A DNA stretch of 20,000 nt from an uncultured virus (IMG/VR IMGVR_UViG_3300025102_000017) (IMGVR_UViG_3300025102_000017), one strand, 5' to 3'. Counted from the stretch's first letter, positions 1 to 8,747 are shown. Made by a program: numbers and translations. The notes: generated by a model from the sequence alone, not told the origin.

Positions 1-105
1 CACATGCTGCGTCAGTGTGCCCACAATCAACTTTGCTATAATGAGTTGATGGACATCCGTGAAGATGTTCTAGATTATCTAAAGACGAAGCGTTGGCATG
101 CCTAA
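1..105 (+). CDS. 3' end of a small hypothetical phage protein (truncated by window edge)
   Basis: Frame 1 is open from base 1 (HMLRQCAHNQLCYNELMDIREDVLDYLKTKRWHA) to TAA 103-105 and overlaps the next ATG at 98. Confidence 0.6.
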   Translation, partial: HMLRQCAHNQLCYNELMDIREDVLDYLKTKRWHA

Positions 106-262
106 GAACGGATTGAGTAAAGACGAGATCAATTGTCGAGTCCTCAAACTAAAAAAAGAATTGTATGATGGTTCCTGGAGTGCTAGGAACCGTGAGTGGC
201 ACGAGGGAGCACACACCATGTTGAATCGTGTTCTTGATATCCTAGAAGAGTATCGCCTCTAA
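98..262 (+). CDS. Small hypothetical protein (54 aa), not in ORF track
   Basis: ATG 98 to TAA 260-262, MPKNGLSKDEINCRVLKLKKELYDGSWSARNREWHEGAHTMLNRVLDILEEYRL. It fills the gap and overlaps the upstream ORF end. Confidence 0.7.
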   Translation: MPKNGLSKDEINCRVLKLKKELYDGSWSARNREWHEGAHTMLNRVLDILEEYRL

Positions 263-265
263 ATA
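259..265 (+). promoter_or_regulatory. T4-like late (gp55) promoter CTAAATA
   Basis: Variant of TATAAATA overlapping the upstream stop codon, about 20 nt before the structural gene gp3. Confidence 0.65.
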
Positions 266-286
266 GCTCGTTGCTGCTATTGGGTT

Positions 287-865
287 TTGGAGACCAGAGT
301 CAGAGGTGCCACTCCTCCATATAAACTAAATGAACCCACGAACAGGAACTTCCTGAGTATCGTTGGGTTCGATTTTATTTTGAATCGTTGCCCTAAGGTT
401 AGTTTCTATTGCAACCAGGCAAACATTCCTGAGATTGAATTAGGAGTAGCGGTTCAGCATTCATATCTTAGAGACATCCCTACACCAGGGGAGAAGTTGA
501 CTTTCGGTGATCTCAACCTGTCATTCATGGTTGATGAAGACTGCGAGAACTACTTACAGATCTATGATTGGATTACTGGACTAGGATTCCCTGAGTCTCT
601 ACAACAGTACGAAGACCTAAAAAGGAATAGTAGGTTCTATCCGACAGAAGATGCTCCGTTCAATGAGCGTTCTGATGGAACACTAATTATTTTGAATAGT
701 GATTACAACCCTGCTTGTAAGATCAAGTTCAGGGATATGTTCCCTGTCTCCTTGTCCGGCATTCCTTTTAGTGCCATTGAAACTGAGGAGAGATACTTTA
801 CAGCACAGGTGAGTTTCAAGTATACTATCTTTGATATGATTGACATCAATGGAAAGAAAGTCTAA
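287..865 (+). CDS. gp3: Tail completion / tail-tube terminator protein (T4 gp3-like)
   Basis: NRNFLS..GF.F, CNQANIPEI.LG, PGEKLTFGDLNLSFMVDED..NY.QIYDWI.GLGFP, FP.SLS motifs of the gp3/tail-tube fold, in gp3-uvsY-uvsW synteny. The start is TTG because no in-frame ATG precedes the conserved N-terminus. Confidence 0.85.
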   Translation: METRVRGATPPYKLNEPTNRNFLSIVGFDFILNRCPKVSFYCNQANIPEIELGVAVQHSYLRDIPTPGEKLTFGDLNLSFMVDEDCENYLQIYDWITGLGFPESLQQYEDLKRNSRFYPTEDAPFNERSDGTLIILNSDYNPACKIKFRDMFPVSLSGIPFSAIETEERYFTAQVSFKYTIFDMIDINGKKV

Positions 866-1301
866 TCCAATTAGTCTTGAGAACATCCAAGAGATGTGGA
901 CTAAGGATGCGATCATCAACCCTGATGAATTGGACACCGAGTCTCTCAAGGTGCCTCAATTACACGCCAAATATTACGGGCTATATAATACTATACTGCT
1001 GATGCGAAAGCAAAACGAACAAATTTACAGTTCGTTGTTACTAGATCGCAGGAAATTTTACACAGGAAAGGCAACTGCTGCCGTATACGAAGCAGAACCA
1101 TTTCCCTATAAGATCAGAGACAAGGATGACCTCAAGTTATATCTTGAGTCTGATGAGAAGTTATCCAAGGTACGACTGAAAATTGAATACTTCGATTCGA
1201 TGCTGAAATACTTAGAAGAAATTCTAAGGCAGGTGACGAATCGTTCGTATCAAATCAAAAATGCGATTGAGTGGCGCAGGTTCACTTCCGGTTATGGCTG
1301 A
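849..1301 (+). CDS. uvsY: Recombination mediator UvsY
   Basis: W.KD.II..DELD.ESLK.P.LHAKY and C-terminal R.YQIKNAIEW.RF..G. Lies directly upstream of uvsW. Start is ATG 849 or 840. Confidence 0.93.
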   Translation: MERKSNPISLENIQEMWTKDAIINPDELDTESLKVPQLHAKYYGLYNTILLMRKQNEQIYSSLLLDRRKFYTGKATAAVYEAEPFPYKIRDKDDLKLYLESDEKLSKVRLKIEYFDSMLKYLEEILRQVTNRSYQIKNAIEWRRFTSGYG

Positions 1302-2742
1302 TCTGATCATCAAAAAGAAGAACGAAGTATATCTCATCGTGGATTGCGATCCACATATACAGCACGAACTTCAGGATCAATTTACCTTTGAGGTACCTGG
1401 TGCAAAATTCATGCCTCAGTATAGAAGCAAATACTGGGACGGTAAGATTAGATTATTCAACATTGAGAAGAAGGAGATTTACGTAGGATTACTAGATAAA
1501 CTCTGTCAGTTTTGTAAGAGATATAATTATACATTTGAATTTGAGGACTCAAAGCATTATGGATTGCCTTACCAAGAAGATGAAGGTATATCCCACAGGG
1601 GCGTCAAAGACTGGTTAGGTGTTATATGCAAGCATACACCTAGAGACTACCAGATCGAGGGGGTTTACGACGCCCTCAAAAGAAAGAGAAGACTGATCAT
1701 ATCTCCGACCGGATCGGGCAAGTCTTTGATGATCTACGCTGTTGTGCAGTATCATGCTGCCCACAAAAGAAAGATCTTGGTCATAGTTCCTACCACATCC
1801 TTGGTGGAACAGATGTACAAGGACTTCGATGATTATGGATTGGATGCTCAGAGCGAGTGTCATAGGATCTATGGTGGTAAGGATATGAACAGCGACAAGA
1901 CTGTAATCATATCAACTTGGCAATCAATTTACAAGCTTGACAAAAAGTGGTTTAGGCAGTTTGAGGTTGTCATTGGAGATGAGGCACACAACTTCAAATC
2001 AAAATCACTGGTAGGCATCATGACAAAGATGCATGACACCAGATATAGATATGGATTTACTGGCACCCTAGATGGAACCCAAACTCACAAGTGGGTGCTA
2101 GAAGGATTGTTCGGTCCATCATACAAGATTGTCAACACTAAGGAACTGCAGGATGCAGGTTACCTAGCAAAGTTGAGTATCAAAGTTTTACTGTTGAAAC
2201 ATAAGCAGACTCCATTTGATACTTACGAGGAGGAGGTACAGTATCTGATTGGGCATGAGAAGAGAAACAACTTCATCAAAAACCTTGCACTGGACCTAAA
2301 GGGTAATACCCTCATCCTTTTTAGTCGGGTTGCCGCACATGGGGAGGTTCTATATGACCTCATAAATAAAGATGACCGGAAGGTATTCTTTATCCACGGT
2401 GGAGTGGACGTAGAAGAGCGAGAGTCAGTTAGATCTATTGCAGAGACTGAGAACAACGCTATAATCATCGCTTCTTTCGGCACTTTTTCAACAGGTATCA
2501 ACATCAAAAACTTACATAACGTGGTCTTTGCATCACCTAGTAAGTCTCGCATCAGAACACTTCAATCAATCGGGAGGGTGCTGCGTAAGAGTGATTCAAA
2601 ATTGAAGGCAACTCTATACGATATAGCAGATGATTGCAAGAAGGGTCAAAAATCAAACTACACCTTGAACCATCTTATCGAACGAATCAAATACTATAAC
2701 GAAGAGAAGTTCAACTATGACATCATTCAAATCAAACTCTGA
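1294..2742 (+). CDS. uvsW: SF2 DNA/RNA helicase UvsW
   Basis: FTFEVPGAKFMP..R...WDGKIRLF, Walker A SPTGSGKS, DEAH box, motif VI QSIGRVLR. Probable start is ATG 1294 (MADLII). Confidence 0.96.
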   Translation: MADLIIKKKNEVYLIVDCDPHIQHELQDQFTFEVPGAKFMPQYRSKYWDGKIRLFNIEKKEIYVGLLDKLCQFCKRYNYTFEFEDSKHYGLPYQEDEGISHRGVKDWLGVICKHTPRDYQIEGVYDALKRKRRLIISPTGSGKSLMIYAVVQYHAAHKRKILVIVPTTSLVEQMYKDFDDYGLDAQSECHRIYGGKDMNSDKTVIISTWQSIYKLDKKWFRQFEVVIGDEAHNFKSKSLVGIMTKMHDTRYRYGFTGTLDGTQTHKWVLEGLFGPSYKIVNTKELQDAGYLAKLSIKVLLLKHKQTPFDTYEEEVQYLIGHEKRNNFIKNLALDLKGNTLILFSRVAAHGEVLYDLINKDDRKVFFIHGGVDVEERESVRSIAETENNAIIIASFGTFSTGINIKNLHNVVFASPSKSRIRTLQSIGRVLRKSDSKLKATLYDIADDCKKGQKSNYTLNHLIERIKYYNEEKFNYDIIQIKL

Positions 2743-3157
2743 CAACCCGTACGATGAGTTCATCGCAGCAATCAAGTTGGTGTCTGGTGAAGAGATCTTG
2801 TCTTCTGTAATGGTAATTGCAGACGATGACGATAAAGTGATATTAGATAATCCTATCATTTGTGAAGAGATTCGCTCCAAAGGAGCGAATATACCCATGG
2901 GGTATAAGTTTGAACCTTGGATGAGATTGACTGATGAAGATGTTTTTATTGTAGATATGGATCGTATTATTACTATCTCTGAAATCAAAGATGAAGATGT
3001 AATCAATACCTATAGAAGTATTATTGCTAGTGGTTTCACTAGAGAACATCCTGATCTCACTAAGGAGATGGGATTCATAAACACTGTTGATAAAGCAAGA
3101 GAATCCTTTGAGTCACTGTATACAGCAGAGGATGCTACTAAAGATACTCAAAGCTAA
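2717..3157 (+). CDS. Conserved T4-like phage hypothetical protein (possible Sm-like beta fold)
   Basis: 146 aa with IKLVSGEEI, L.NP, PWM motifs, in the usual slot between uvsW and gp55. Confidence 0.75.
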   Translation: MTSFKSNSDNPYDEFIAAIKLVSGEEILSSVMVIADDDDKVILDNPIICEEIRSKGANIPMGYKFEPWMRLTDEDVFIVDMDRIITISEIKDEDVINTYRSIIASGFTREHPDLTKEMGFINTVDKARESFESLYTAEDATKDTQS

Positions 3158-3189
3158 CCTACAGCCTTCTCTTCAACCCTAACAGAGTG

Positions 3190-3218
3190 ATTCTACAGAT
3201 AATCGACAGTCCTGTCAA
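3190..3218 (-). promoter_or_regulatory. Antisense sigma70-type promoter TTGACA-N17-TAGAAT
   Basis: Plus-strand TGTCAA 3213-3218 and ATTCTA 3190-3195 read TTGACA and TAGAAT on the minus strand with a 17 nt spacer. Confidence 0.6.
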
Positions 3219-3231
3219 GCTGTGCTATAAT
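3203..3231 (+). promoter_or_regulatory. sigma70-type promoter for gp55 (TCGACA-N17-TATAAT, extended -10)
   Basis: TCGACA 3203-3208, TG 3223-3224, TATAAT 3226-3231, 22 nt before the gp55 ATG. Confidence 0.75.
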
Positions 3232-3253
3232 TTGTACAAGAAAACCCACACAA

Positions 3254-3724
3254 ATGACAAGGAAACGATCTGAACATTATGTAAACAACAAAGAGTTTCT
3301 TGCTGCAATCATTGCCTACAAGCAGGATATTTCCGATGCTGAAGCACTCGGTAAACCGAAACCTCGTATTACGAATTATCTCGGTGAATGCTTTTTGAAG
3401 ATTGCTACCCACCTTTCATACAAACCAAACTTCGTGAACTACATGTTCAAGGACGATATGGTTTGTGATGGGATTGAGAACTGTGTTCAATACATCAACA
3501 ACTTCAATCCTGAGAAGTCCAAGAATCCATTTGCTTACTTTACTCAGATCATTCACTATGCATTCTTGCGTAGGATTCAGAAAGAGAAAAAGCAATTAGA
3601 AATTCGCCAAAAAATTATTGAAAGGTCGGGATACGACGAAGTGTTTGTTGCCGACGAGATGTCAAAGTCATCAGAGTATAACTCTATCAAAGACGCAGTT
3701 CAGTACAGAAACAACTATCGATGA
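3254..3724 (+). CDS. gp55: Late transcription sigma factor
   Basis: HYVNNKEFL, YLGECFLKIA.HLS.KPNF.NY, DM..DGIENC.QY..NF.PEKS.NPFAYFTQI...AFLRRI.KEKKQ. Confidence 0.96.
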   Translation: MTRKRSEHYVNNKEFLAAIIAYKQDISDAEALGKPKPRITNYLGECFLKIATHLSYKPNFVNYMFKDDMVCDGIENCVQYINNFNPEKSKNPFAYFTQIIHYAFLRRIQKEKKQLEIRQKIIERSGYDEVFVADEMSKSSEYNSIKDAVQYRNNYR

Positions 3725-3912
3725 ATCATCCCATCACGGTTGAAGACTACATGGATTTTGGTGAAGAGTTCTTTGCCAAGTATAACTATGTAAGAGACCG
3801 CATCCCTGATGCCTCTACTGAAGACATTCTCACTGTAATGGAAACCTTGGGCAAACTTGTAGTCCAAGGCAGAGAAGATTACTACGATCAACGACGCCGA
3901 ACCCGGAGATGA
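3721..3912 (+). CDS. Hypothetical protein (63 aa)
   Basis: ATGA overlaps with both neighbours, indicating translational coupling. Confidence 0.75.
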   Translation: MNHPITVEDYMDFGEEFFAKYNYVRDRIPDASTEDILTVMETLGKLVVQGREDYYDQRRRTRR

Positions 3913-4166
3913 AAGTGAACATCCTTTTTGAAAAGTGTGAAAAAGAGAAGGCACAAGACACCGGTCTTCCTTATACCGCCTATCTGGTGACATACAAAGT
4001 TGATGGTGTTGAAACATATGACATCGCTACTTGTGGAAAGACAGTAGATCTCTTTGATCATTATTACGATACCTATAAAGAAAACTTTATTAGGTTTGAT
4101 CAAGCAGAAGGCAGGGTCAGTCCCAAACTATACGGTTATCAATCACCTGAGTCCAAGAAAAAGTAA
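3909..4166 (+). CDS. Conserved cyanophage hypothetical protein (85 aa)
   Basis: Coupled at both ends. Contains LPYTAYLV.Y, D.FDHYYD.Y and G.V.PKLYGY. Confidence 0.8.
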   Translation: MKVNILFEKCEKEKAQDTGLPYTAYLVTYKVDGVETYDIATCGKTVDLFDHYYDTYKENFIRFDQAEGRVSPKLYGYQSPESKKK

Positions 4167-4798
4167 TGGCATTTCTAGTTCATAATCTACCACCGGTACC
4201 AGTCAAGGTCCGCAAGGAGTATTTGTATGACCTAGAACATGGTCATGGTGAGTTCACTGAGGGTATCTGGGTCAGTGTGAAGAGTGTCCAATATAAGGCA
4301 CTCTACTTTGAGACATTGATTCCTGAGTATGGTGCTCTGTTTGACAAACTTCCTCTGAGTGCATTTGTGTGGAAAGAGGAGCATGATGATCTGCCCCTTG
4401 ATACTCTGCAACTGTGGGATTGTTTTGATTACAATATTACAGTAATCGAGAAACCCATGCTGTCACGGTGTGAGTTCTTTGGTAAAGATAAGCAGATGCA
4501 TGCTGGTGAGTACATGTTCACTATTGATACCTGTCATAGTGAATCTTCTACTCTAGACACTGGGTTTAGTCAAGATGATCCTGAGCATAAATCATTCAAT
4601 ATTATCAAACTGGACAACGGACAGTTTGCTGCACAACCCAACAACCGGGTGATCTGGAAAGACATGAGTCTTATCCCAGAAGAAACCAAGATGCCAGACT
4701 TCAAAGTCTGCACTCAAAATTACCGAGTTGAAAATAGTGATAAGTGGAGTGTTGGTCATTCAGAAGAATGGATGTACACAACGCAAGACGGCGCATGA
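4166..4798 (+). CDS. Conserved marine phage hypothetical protein (210 aa)
   Basis: TAATG/ATGA coupling. Contains NLPP...VRKEYLYD...GHGEF, LWDCF.Y, G.Y.FTID and HK..NII.LDNGQFAAQPNNR. Confidence 0.85.
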   Translation: MAFLVHNLPPVPVKVRKEYLYDLEHGHGEFTEGIWVSVKSVQYKALYFETLIPEYGALFDKLPLSAFVWKEEHDDLPLDTLQLWDCFDYNITVIEKPMLSRCEFFGKDKQMHAGEYMFTIDTCHSESSTLDTGFSQDDPEHKSFNIIKLDNGQFAAQPNNRVIWKDMSLIPEETKMPDFKVCTQNYRVENSDKWSVGHSEEWMYTTQDGA

Positions 4799-5835
4799 AA
4801 GTTGCAATCATCACTGACCAGCACTTTGGTTTCAAGAAGGGGTCAAAGGTCTACCACGATTACTTCCTCAAATTCTATGAGGAAACTTTCTTCCCTATGC
4901 TTGAGAGGGAAGGAATAAAAACTATTCTCGATTTAGGAGATACCTTTGACAACCGTAAAGGTGTTGATCTCTATTCTCTGGACTGGGCGAAGACACATTA
5001 TTTCGACCGTCTTCGATCTATGGGGATATCTATTGTTTCTGTTGTGGGCAACCATACCGCCTTCTACAAGAACACTAATGACATCAATACTATCGATCTA
5101 CTCCTACGAGAGTACGATAACGTTCGTATTGTTGGCGAGTGTGAAGAGATAGATGTTTGTGGTCTTCCTATCTTATTCATCCCATGGATCAATCAAGAGA
5201 ACCGGGATGCCACATACAAGAAGATCAAAGAAACTAAAGCAAAGGTTGCCATGGGGCACCTGGAACTGAATGGTTTTGTTGCCACTCATGGTCATGTCAT
5301 GGAGCATGGTCATGACATTGATGTGTATCAGAAGTTTGACAAAGTATTATCTGGACACTTCCACACTCGTTCTACGAACGGTAAGATCTATTACATCGGC
5401 AATCCCTATGAGATGTTCTGGAGTGATGTGAATGACCCACGTGGATGTATCACGTTTGATACTGAAACGTTGGAGATGAAGAATATTGATAACCCCAATC
5501 AACTCTATAAAGTAATCAAATATCAGGATACACCTCGTCAACTCTTCAAGTTCAATGAGTATAGAGGGAACATTGTAAAGGTAGTTGTATTCAAAAAGAC
5601 TAACGAGAAAGAGTTTGATCGTTTCATGGAGTCCCTGGCAAAGGCAAACCCCATTGAGATCAAAGTGGTGGAGCGATCAGATGTCATGTATCTTGACTAT
5701 GACTTTGCTGAACAGACGGAAGATACAATGACCCTGCTCAACAAATACGTCGATGATTTAGAGACAAATCTAAATAAATCTAAGATCAAAAATATCTTGA
5801 CAGAGGCGTACCAACTAGCATGTGAGGGAATCTGA
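4795..5835 (+). CDS. gp47: Recombination endonuclease subunit (Mre11/SbcD-like)
   Basis: Metallophosphoesterase motifs TDQHFG, LGDTFD.R, GNH, GHLE, SGHFH. Start at ATG 4795 (ATGA overlap). Confidence 0.95.
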   Translation: MKVAIITDQHFGFKKGSKVYHDYFLKFYEETFFPMLEREGIKTILDLGDTFDNRKGVDLYSLDWAKTHYFDRLRSMGISIVSVVGNHTAFYKNTNDINTIDLLLREYDNVRIVGECEEIDVCGLPILFIPWINQENRDATYKKIKETKAKVAMGHLELNGFVATHGHVMEHGHDIDVYQKFDKVLSGHFHTRSTNGKIYYIGNPYEMFWSDVNDPRGCITFDTETLEMKNIDNPNQLYKVIKYQDTPRQLFKFNEYRGNIVKVVVFKKTNEKEFDRFMESLAKANPIEIKVVERSDVMYLDYDFAEQTEDTMTLLNKYVDDLETNLNKSKIKNILTEAYQLACEGI

Positions 5836-6092
5836 TGCATATAATCACCCCCGTACAGGAGAAACGAGAAGGTGCATATGCCGTCGTAGACGAGTCGGGT
5901 GAAAAGGTTGTGTTCTTCTTCGCTGAACGCGACGATGCCGAAAGGTATGTTATGATGTTAGAATGTAATGGTCAGACCTCCGAAATGGAAGTCGTGGACA
6001 TTCCAGACAAGGCAGCGATTGCTGCTTGTGAACGAACGGGTACTAAGTACACCATCATCACTAAGAATGAACTTGTTATTCCTGTTGAATGA
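5835..6092 (+). CDS. Hypothetical protein between gp47 and gp46 (85 aa)
   Basis: TGATG and ATGA overlaps. Contains EGAYAV and F...DDAERY..ML. Confidence 0.8.
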   Translation: MHIITPVQEKREGAYAVVDESGEKVVFFFAERDDAERYVMMLECNGQTSEMEVVDIPDKAAIAACERTGTKYTIITKNELVIPVE

Positions 6093-7798
6093 TTCTTTTC
6101 AAAGAAATTCGTTATAAAAATTTTCTATCAGCAGGGAACCAGTTCACGGTAATCCCATTAGATGCCAACAAAGACACGCTCATTGTTGGATCAAATGGTG
6201 CTGGCAAGAGTACGATTCTTGATGCTCTCACCTTCTCTCTGTTTGGGAAACCTTTTCGTAAGGTCAACAAATCTCAACTAGTCAACAGTGTCAACGAAAG
6301 AGACTGTAAAGTAGAGATTGATTTTGCTATTGGGTCAACCCAGTACAAAGTTGTTCGTGGTATCAAACCTAATCTCTTTGAGATCTACAGGAATGGTGCC
6401 AAACTAAACGAAGACTGTGATGCTAGAGAGCAGCAACAGTATCTGGAGAAACAGATTCTGAAGTTGAACTATAAATCGTTCACTCAGATTGTTATCTTGG
6501 GTAGTGCAAGTTTCGTACCCTTCATGCAGTTGTCTGCAGCACATCGCAGAGAGGTCATAGAAGACCTTCTAGACATCTCTGTGTTCTCTTCGATGTCTGA
6601 GATAATCAAGGGGCGTCTGAAGGACTCTAAGGACGCTCTGAAGGTGTTAGACTTGAAGAAGGAATCTGTAGCAGATAAAATTCTGATGCAGAACCGATTC
6701 ATCAAAACTCTAGAAGAATCATCTCAGAATGATATCACTGCCAAACAAGAAGAGATCGCACTACTTCATAAAGAGTCAACATCGTATCAAGAACAGGTGG
6801 TTGATCTCCTTGAAGAAGTCAGCGACCTTGAAACGGTTATCAAATCGTATGCTTCTTCAGGCGATACTGTAAAAAAACTGAATCAATTCAAAGCAAAACT
6901 CCAAACTAAAGAACATTCTAGTTCTAAGGAAATCAAGTTCTTTGAAGACAATACGGTTTGCCCTACATGTACTCAAAACATCGATGATAGTTTTCGGGTA
7001 AATAAGATTGAACATCTCCAGCAACTTCTACTAAAGCATGAAGATAGTCTTTCTCAAATTGAGAAGGCTATTACTGAAGAAGAGACGAAAGAACAAAAGT
7101 TTCTTTCCCTGCAGAAGGAGATCACATCTACCTCGCATGAAATTTCTCAGTTCAATCTTAGGATTTCCAATTCAAACAAAAGAAAGTCTGTACTGGAATC
7201 GGAAATTCAAACTCTTACCGACAGCATCGAGAATCGAAGTGCTGAACATGAAAAACTATCAGAGTACAAAGACAAATTACGAGAAGTCTTATCGCAGTTA
7301 GAGGAAACTAAAGATTCATTTGATTACCTCACCCAAGGTAATCTCTTACTAAAAGATGATGGCGTCAAGAGTTCTATCATTAGGAAATATCTTCCTATGA
7401 TCAATACTCTTGTGAATGACTATCTTCAACGAATGGATTTCTACATCAACTTCACGTTAGATGATGAATTCAACGAGAAGATTCAAACGCCAGTACATGA
7501 AAAATTCAGTTATGCTTCCTTCAGTGAAGGGGAGAAGATGAGGATTGACCTCGCTCTCCTGTTCACGTGGAGGGAGATTGCCCGTCTGAAGAATAGCGTC
7601 GTCACAAACCTCCTTATTATGGACGAGGTATTTGATTCTTCACTGGATGGGTTTGGAACAGATGAGTTCCTGAAGATTGTCAGGTTCGTGATCAAGGACG
7701 CAAATGTGTTCATCATCTCACATAAGAATGAACTGTTCGATAAGTTCAATCACTGCCTAGAATTTCAGAAGGTGGGTGGGTTCTCACGACTCGCTTGA
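6089..7798 (+). CDS. gp46: Recombination ATPase subunit (Rad50/SbcC-like)
   Basis: Walker A GSNGAGKS, coiled coil with CPTC zinc hook, signature FSEGEK, Walker B LLIMDEVFDSSLD, ISH. Confidence 0.96.
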   Translation: MILFKEIRYKNFLSAGNQFTVIPLDANKDTLIVGSNGAGKSTILDALTFSLFGKPFRKVNKSQLVNSVNERDCKVEIDFAIGSTQYKVVRGIKPNLFEIYRNGAKLNEDCDAREQQQYLEKQILKLNYKSFTQIVILGSASFVPFMQLSAAHRREVIEDLLDISVFSSMSEIIKGRLKDSKDALKVLDLKKESVADKILMQNRFIKTLEESSQNDITAKQEEIALLHKESTSYQEQVVDLLEEVSDLETVIKSYASSGDTVKKLNQFKAKLQTKEHSSSKEIKFFEDNTVCPTCTQNIDDSFRVNKIEHLQQLLLKHEDSLSQIEKAITEEETKEQKFLSLQKEITSTSHEISQFNLRISNSNKRKSVLESEIQTLTDSIENRSAEHEKLSEYKDKLREVLSQLEETKDSFDYLTQGNLLLKDDGVKSSIIRKYLPMINTLVNDYLQRMDFYINFTLDDEFNEKIQTPVHEKFSYASFSEGEKMRIDLALLFTWREIARLKNSVVTNLLIMDEVFDSSLDGFGTDEFLKIVRFVIKDANVFIISHKNELFDKFNHCLEFQKVGGFSRLA

Positions 7799-7828
7799 CA
7801 ATATTTCAAAAAACCTATACACTAAATA
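7795..7828 (+). promoter_or_regulatory. Composite promoter: sigma70 TTGACA-N17-TACACT overlapped by late CTAAATA
   Basis: TTGACA 7795-7800 (contains the gp46 stop), TACACT 7818-7823, CTAAATA 7822-7828. Confidence 0.7.
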
Positions 7829-7832
7829 GGTA

Positions 7833-7903
7833 TTCGTGCCTATGTCACGAAACTTTACAGAGACACGTCGAGTCTCTTCAAATCTGCGGGTAACCATTCC
7901 GCA
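7833..7903 (+). ncRNA. Putative structured 5' leader (three hairpins) of the OMP operon
   Basis: TTCGTG/CACGAA 7833-7851, AGAGAC/GTCTCT 7859-7877, TGCGG/CCGCA 7885-7903, within a ~100 nt UTR in an otherwise gap-free region. Confidence 0.45.
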
Positions 7904-7927
7904 AGTAACTAAAGGTATTTTATTCTC

Positions 7928-8299
7928 ATGATCAAATCTGTATTCGCAGTTCTGTCTGCTTCCGCACTCTCCGCAGGCGCTGCCCTTGCAGGTCCCTACG
8001 TCAACGTAGAGGCCAATTCTGGTTTCCAAGGAACTGATTATTCCGGAACCACCACTGACCTTCACGTGGGCTACGAAGGCGCTCTTGGCGATGCTGCTTC
8101 TTACTACGTTCAGGCGGGCGCTAGCGTCGTCTCACCTGATGGTGCCGAATCCGACACCGTTCCTTCTGGTAAAGCAGGTCTCGGCGTTGCTGTGACTGAC
8201 TCCCTGTCTGCCTATGGTGAAGTTTCCTTCATCGGTTCTGGCGACAAGGACATCGACCGTGGTTATGGAACCAAAGCAGGTCTGAAGTACAACTTCTGA
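7928..8299 (+). CDS. Small outer-membrane beta-barrel / porin-like protein 1
   Basis: Sec signal peptide ending ALA|GPYV, alternating amphipathic strands, C-terminal BAM-type signal GLKYNF. Confidence 0.8.
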   Translation: MIKSVFAVLSASALSAGAALAGPYVNVEANSGFQGTDYSGTTTDLHVGYEGALGDAASYYVQAGASVVSPDGAESDTVPSGKAGLGVAVTDSLSAYGEVSFIGSGDKDIDRGYGTKAGLKYNF

Positions 8300-8337
8300 T
8301 CTACACCTCCTAGCAAAATATAATTTTACATTTACAG

Positions 8338-8706
8338 ATGAAAGCATTCGCAATTGCCCTTGCTGCTGGTGCAGCTGCCCTCTCTGCTGCTCCTGCCCTC
8401 GCTGGTCCTTACGTAAAGACCAAGCACGAATTCGTCGGCACTGACGACGACTACTCCAAAGGTACCCATCAACTTCGTATCGGTTACGGCACGAAGCTTG
8501 GTCGCTTCTCTCCCTATGTGGAAGGTGGCGTGGGTCGTGCTTACAGCGACAACACCGGAGCAGAAGAGGACTTCAGCGTGATTCAAGTCGGTAGCGGTTT
8601 GAAGATCACTGATAATCTCTCTGGTTATGGTAAGTGGATCAACACCTTCAAGGAAAACGATACTCGTGCCTGGAAGGTTGAACTCGGAACGAAGTATTCG
8701 TTCTGA
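8338..8706 (+). CDS. Small outer-membrane beta-barrel / porin-like protein 2 (paralogue)
   Basis: Signal peptide ending ALA|GPYV, C-terminal GTKYSF, same length and layout as the upstream gene. Confidence 0.8.
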   Translation: MKAFAIALAAGAAALSAAPALAGPYVKTKHEFVGTDDDYSKGTHQLRIGYGTKLGRFSPYVEGGVGRAYSDNTGAEEDFSVIQVGSGLKITDNLSGYGKWINTFKENDTRAWKVELGTKYSF

Positions 8707-8721
8707 TAACTGATAATGCTC

Positions 8722-8747
8722 AAGGGGGACTTCGGTCCCCCTTTTTT
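8722..8747 (+). terminator. Rho-independent terminator
   Basis: AAGGGGGAC-TTCG-GTCCCCCTT plus T run, with a cUUCGg tetraloop. Confidence 0.92.

Noticed and set aside
2653..3049. Minus-strand ORFs (117 and 68 aa) downstream of the antisense promoter
   Set aside because: Ser/Ile-rich shadow translations of the plus-strand gene with no convincing RBS. An antisense RNA is the simpler reading.
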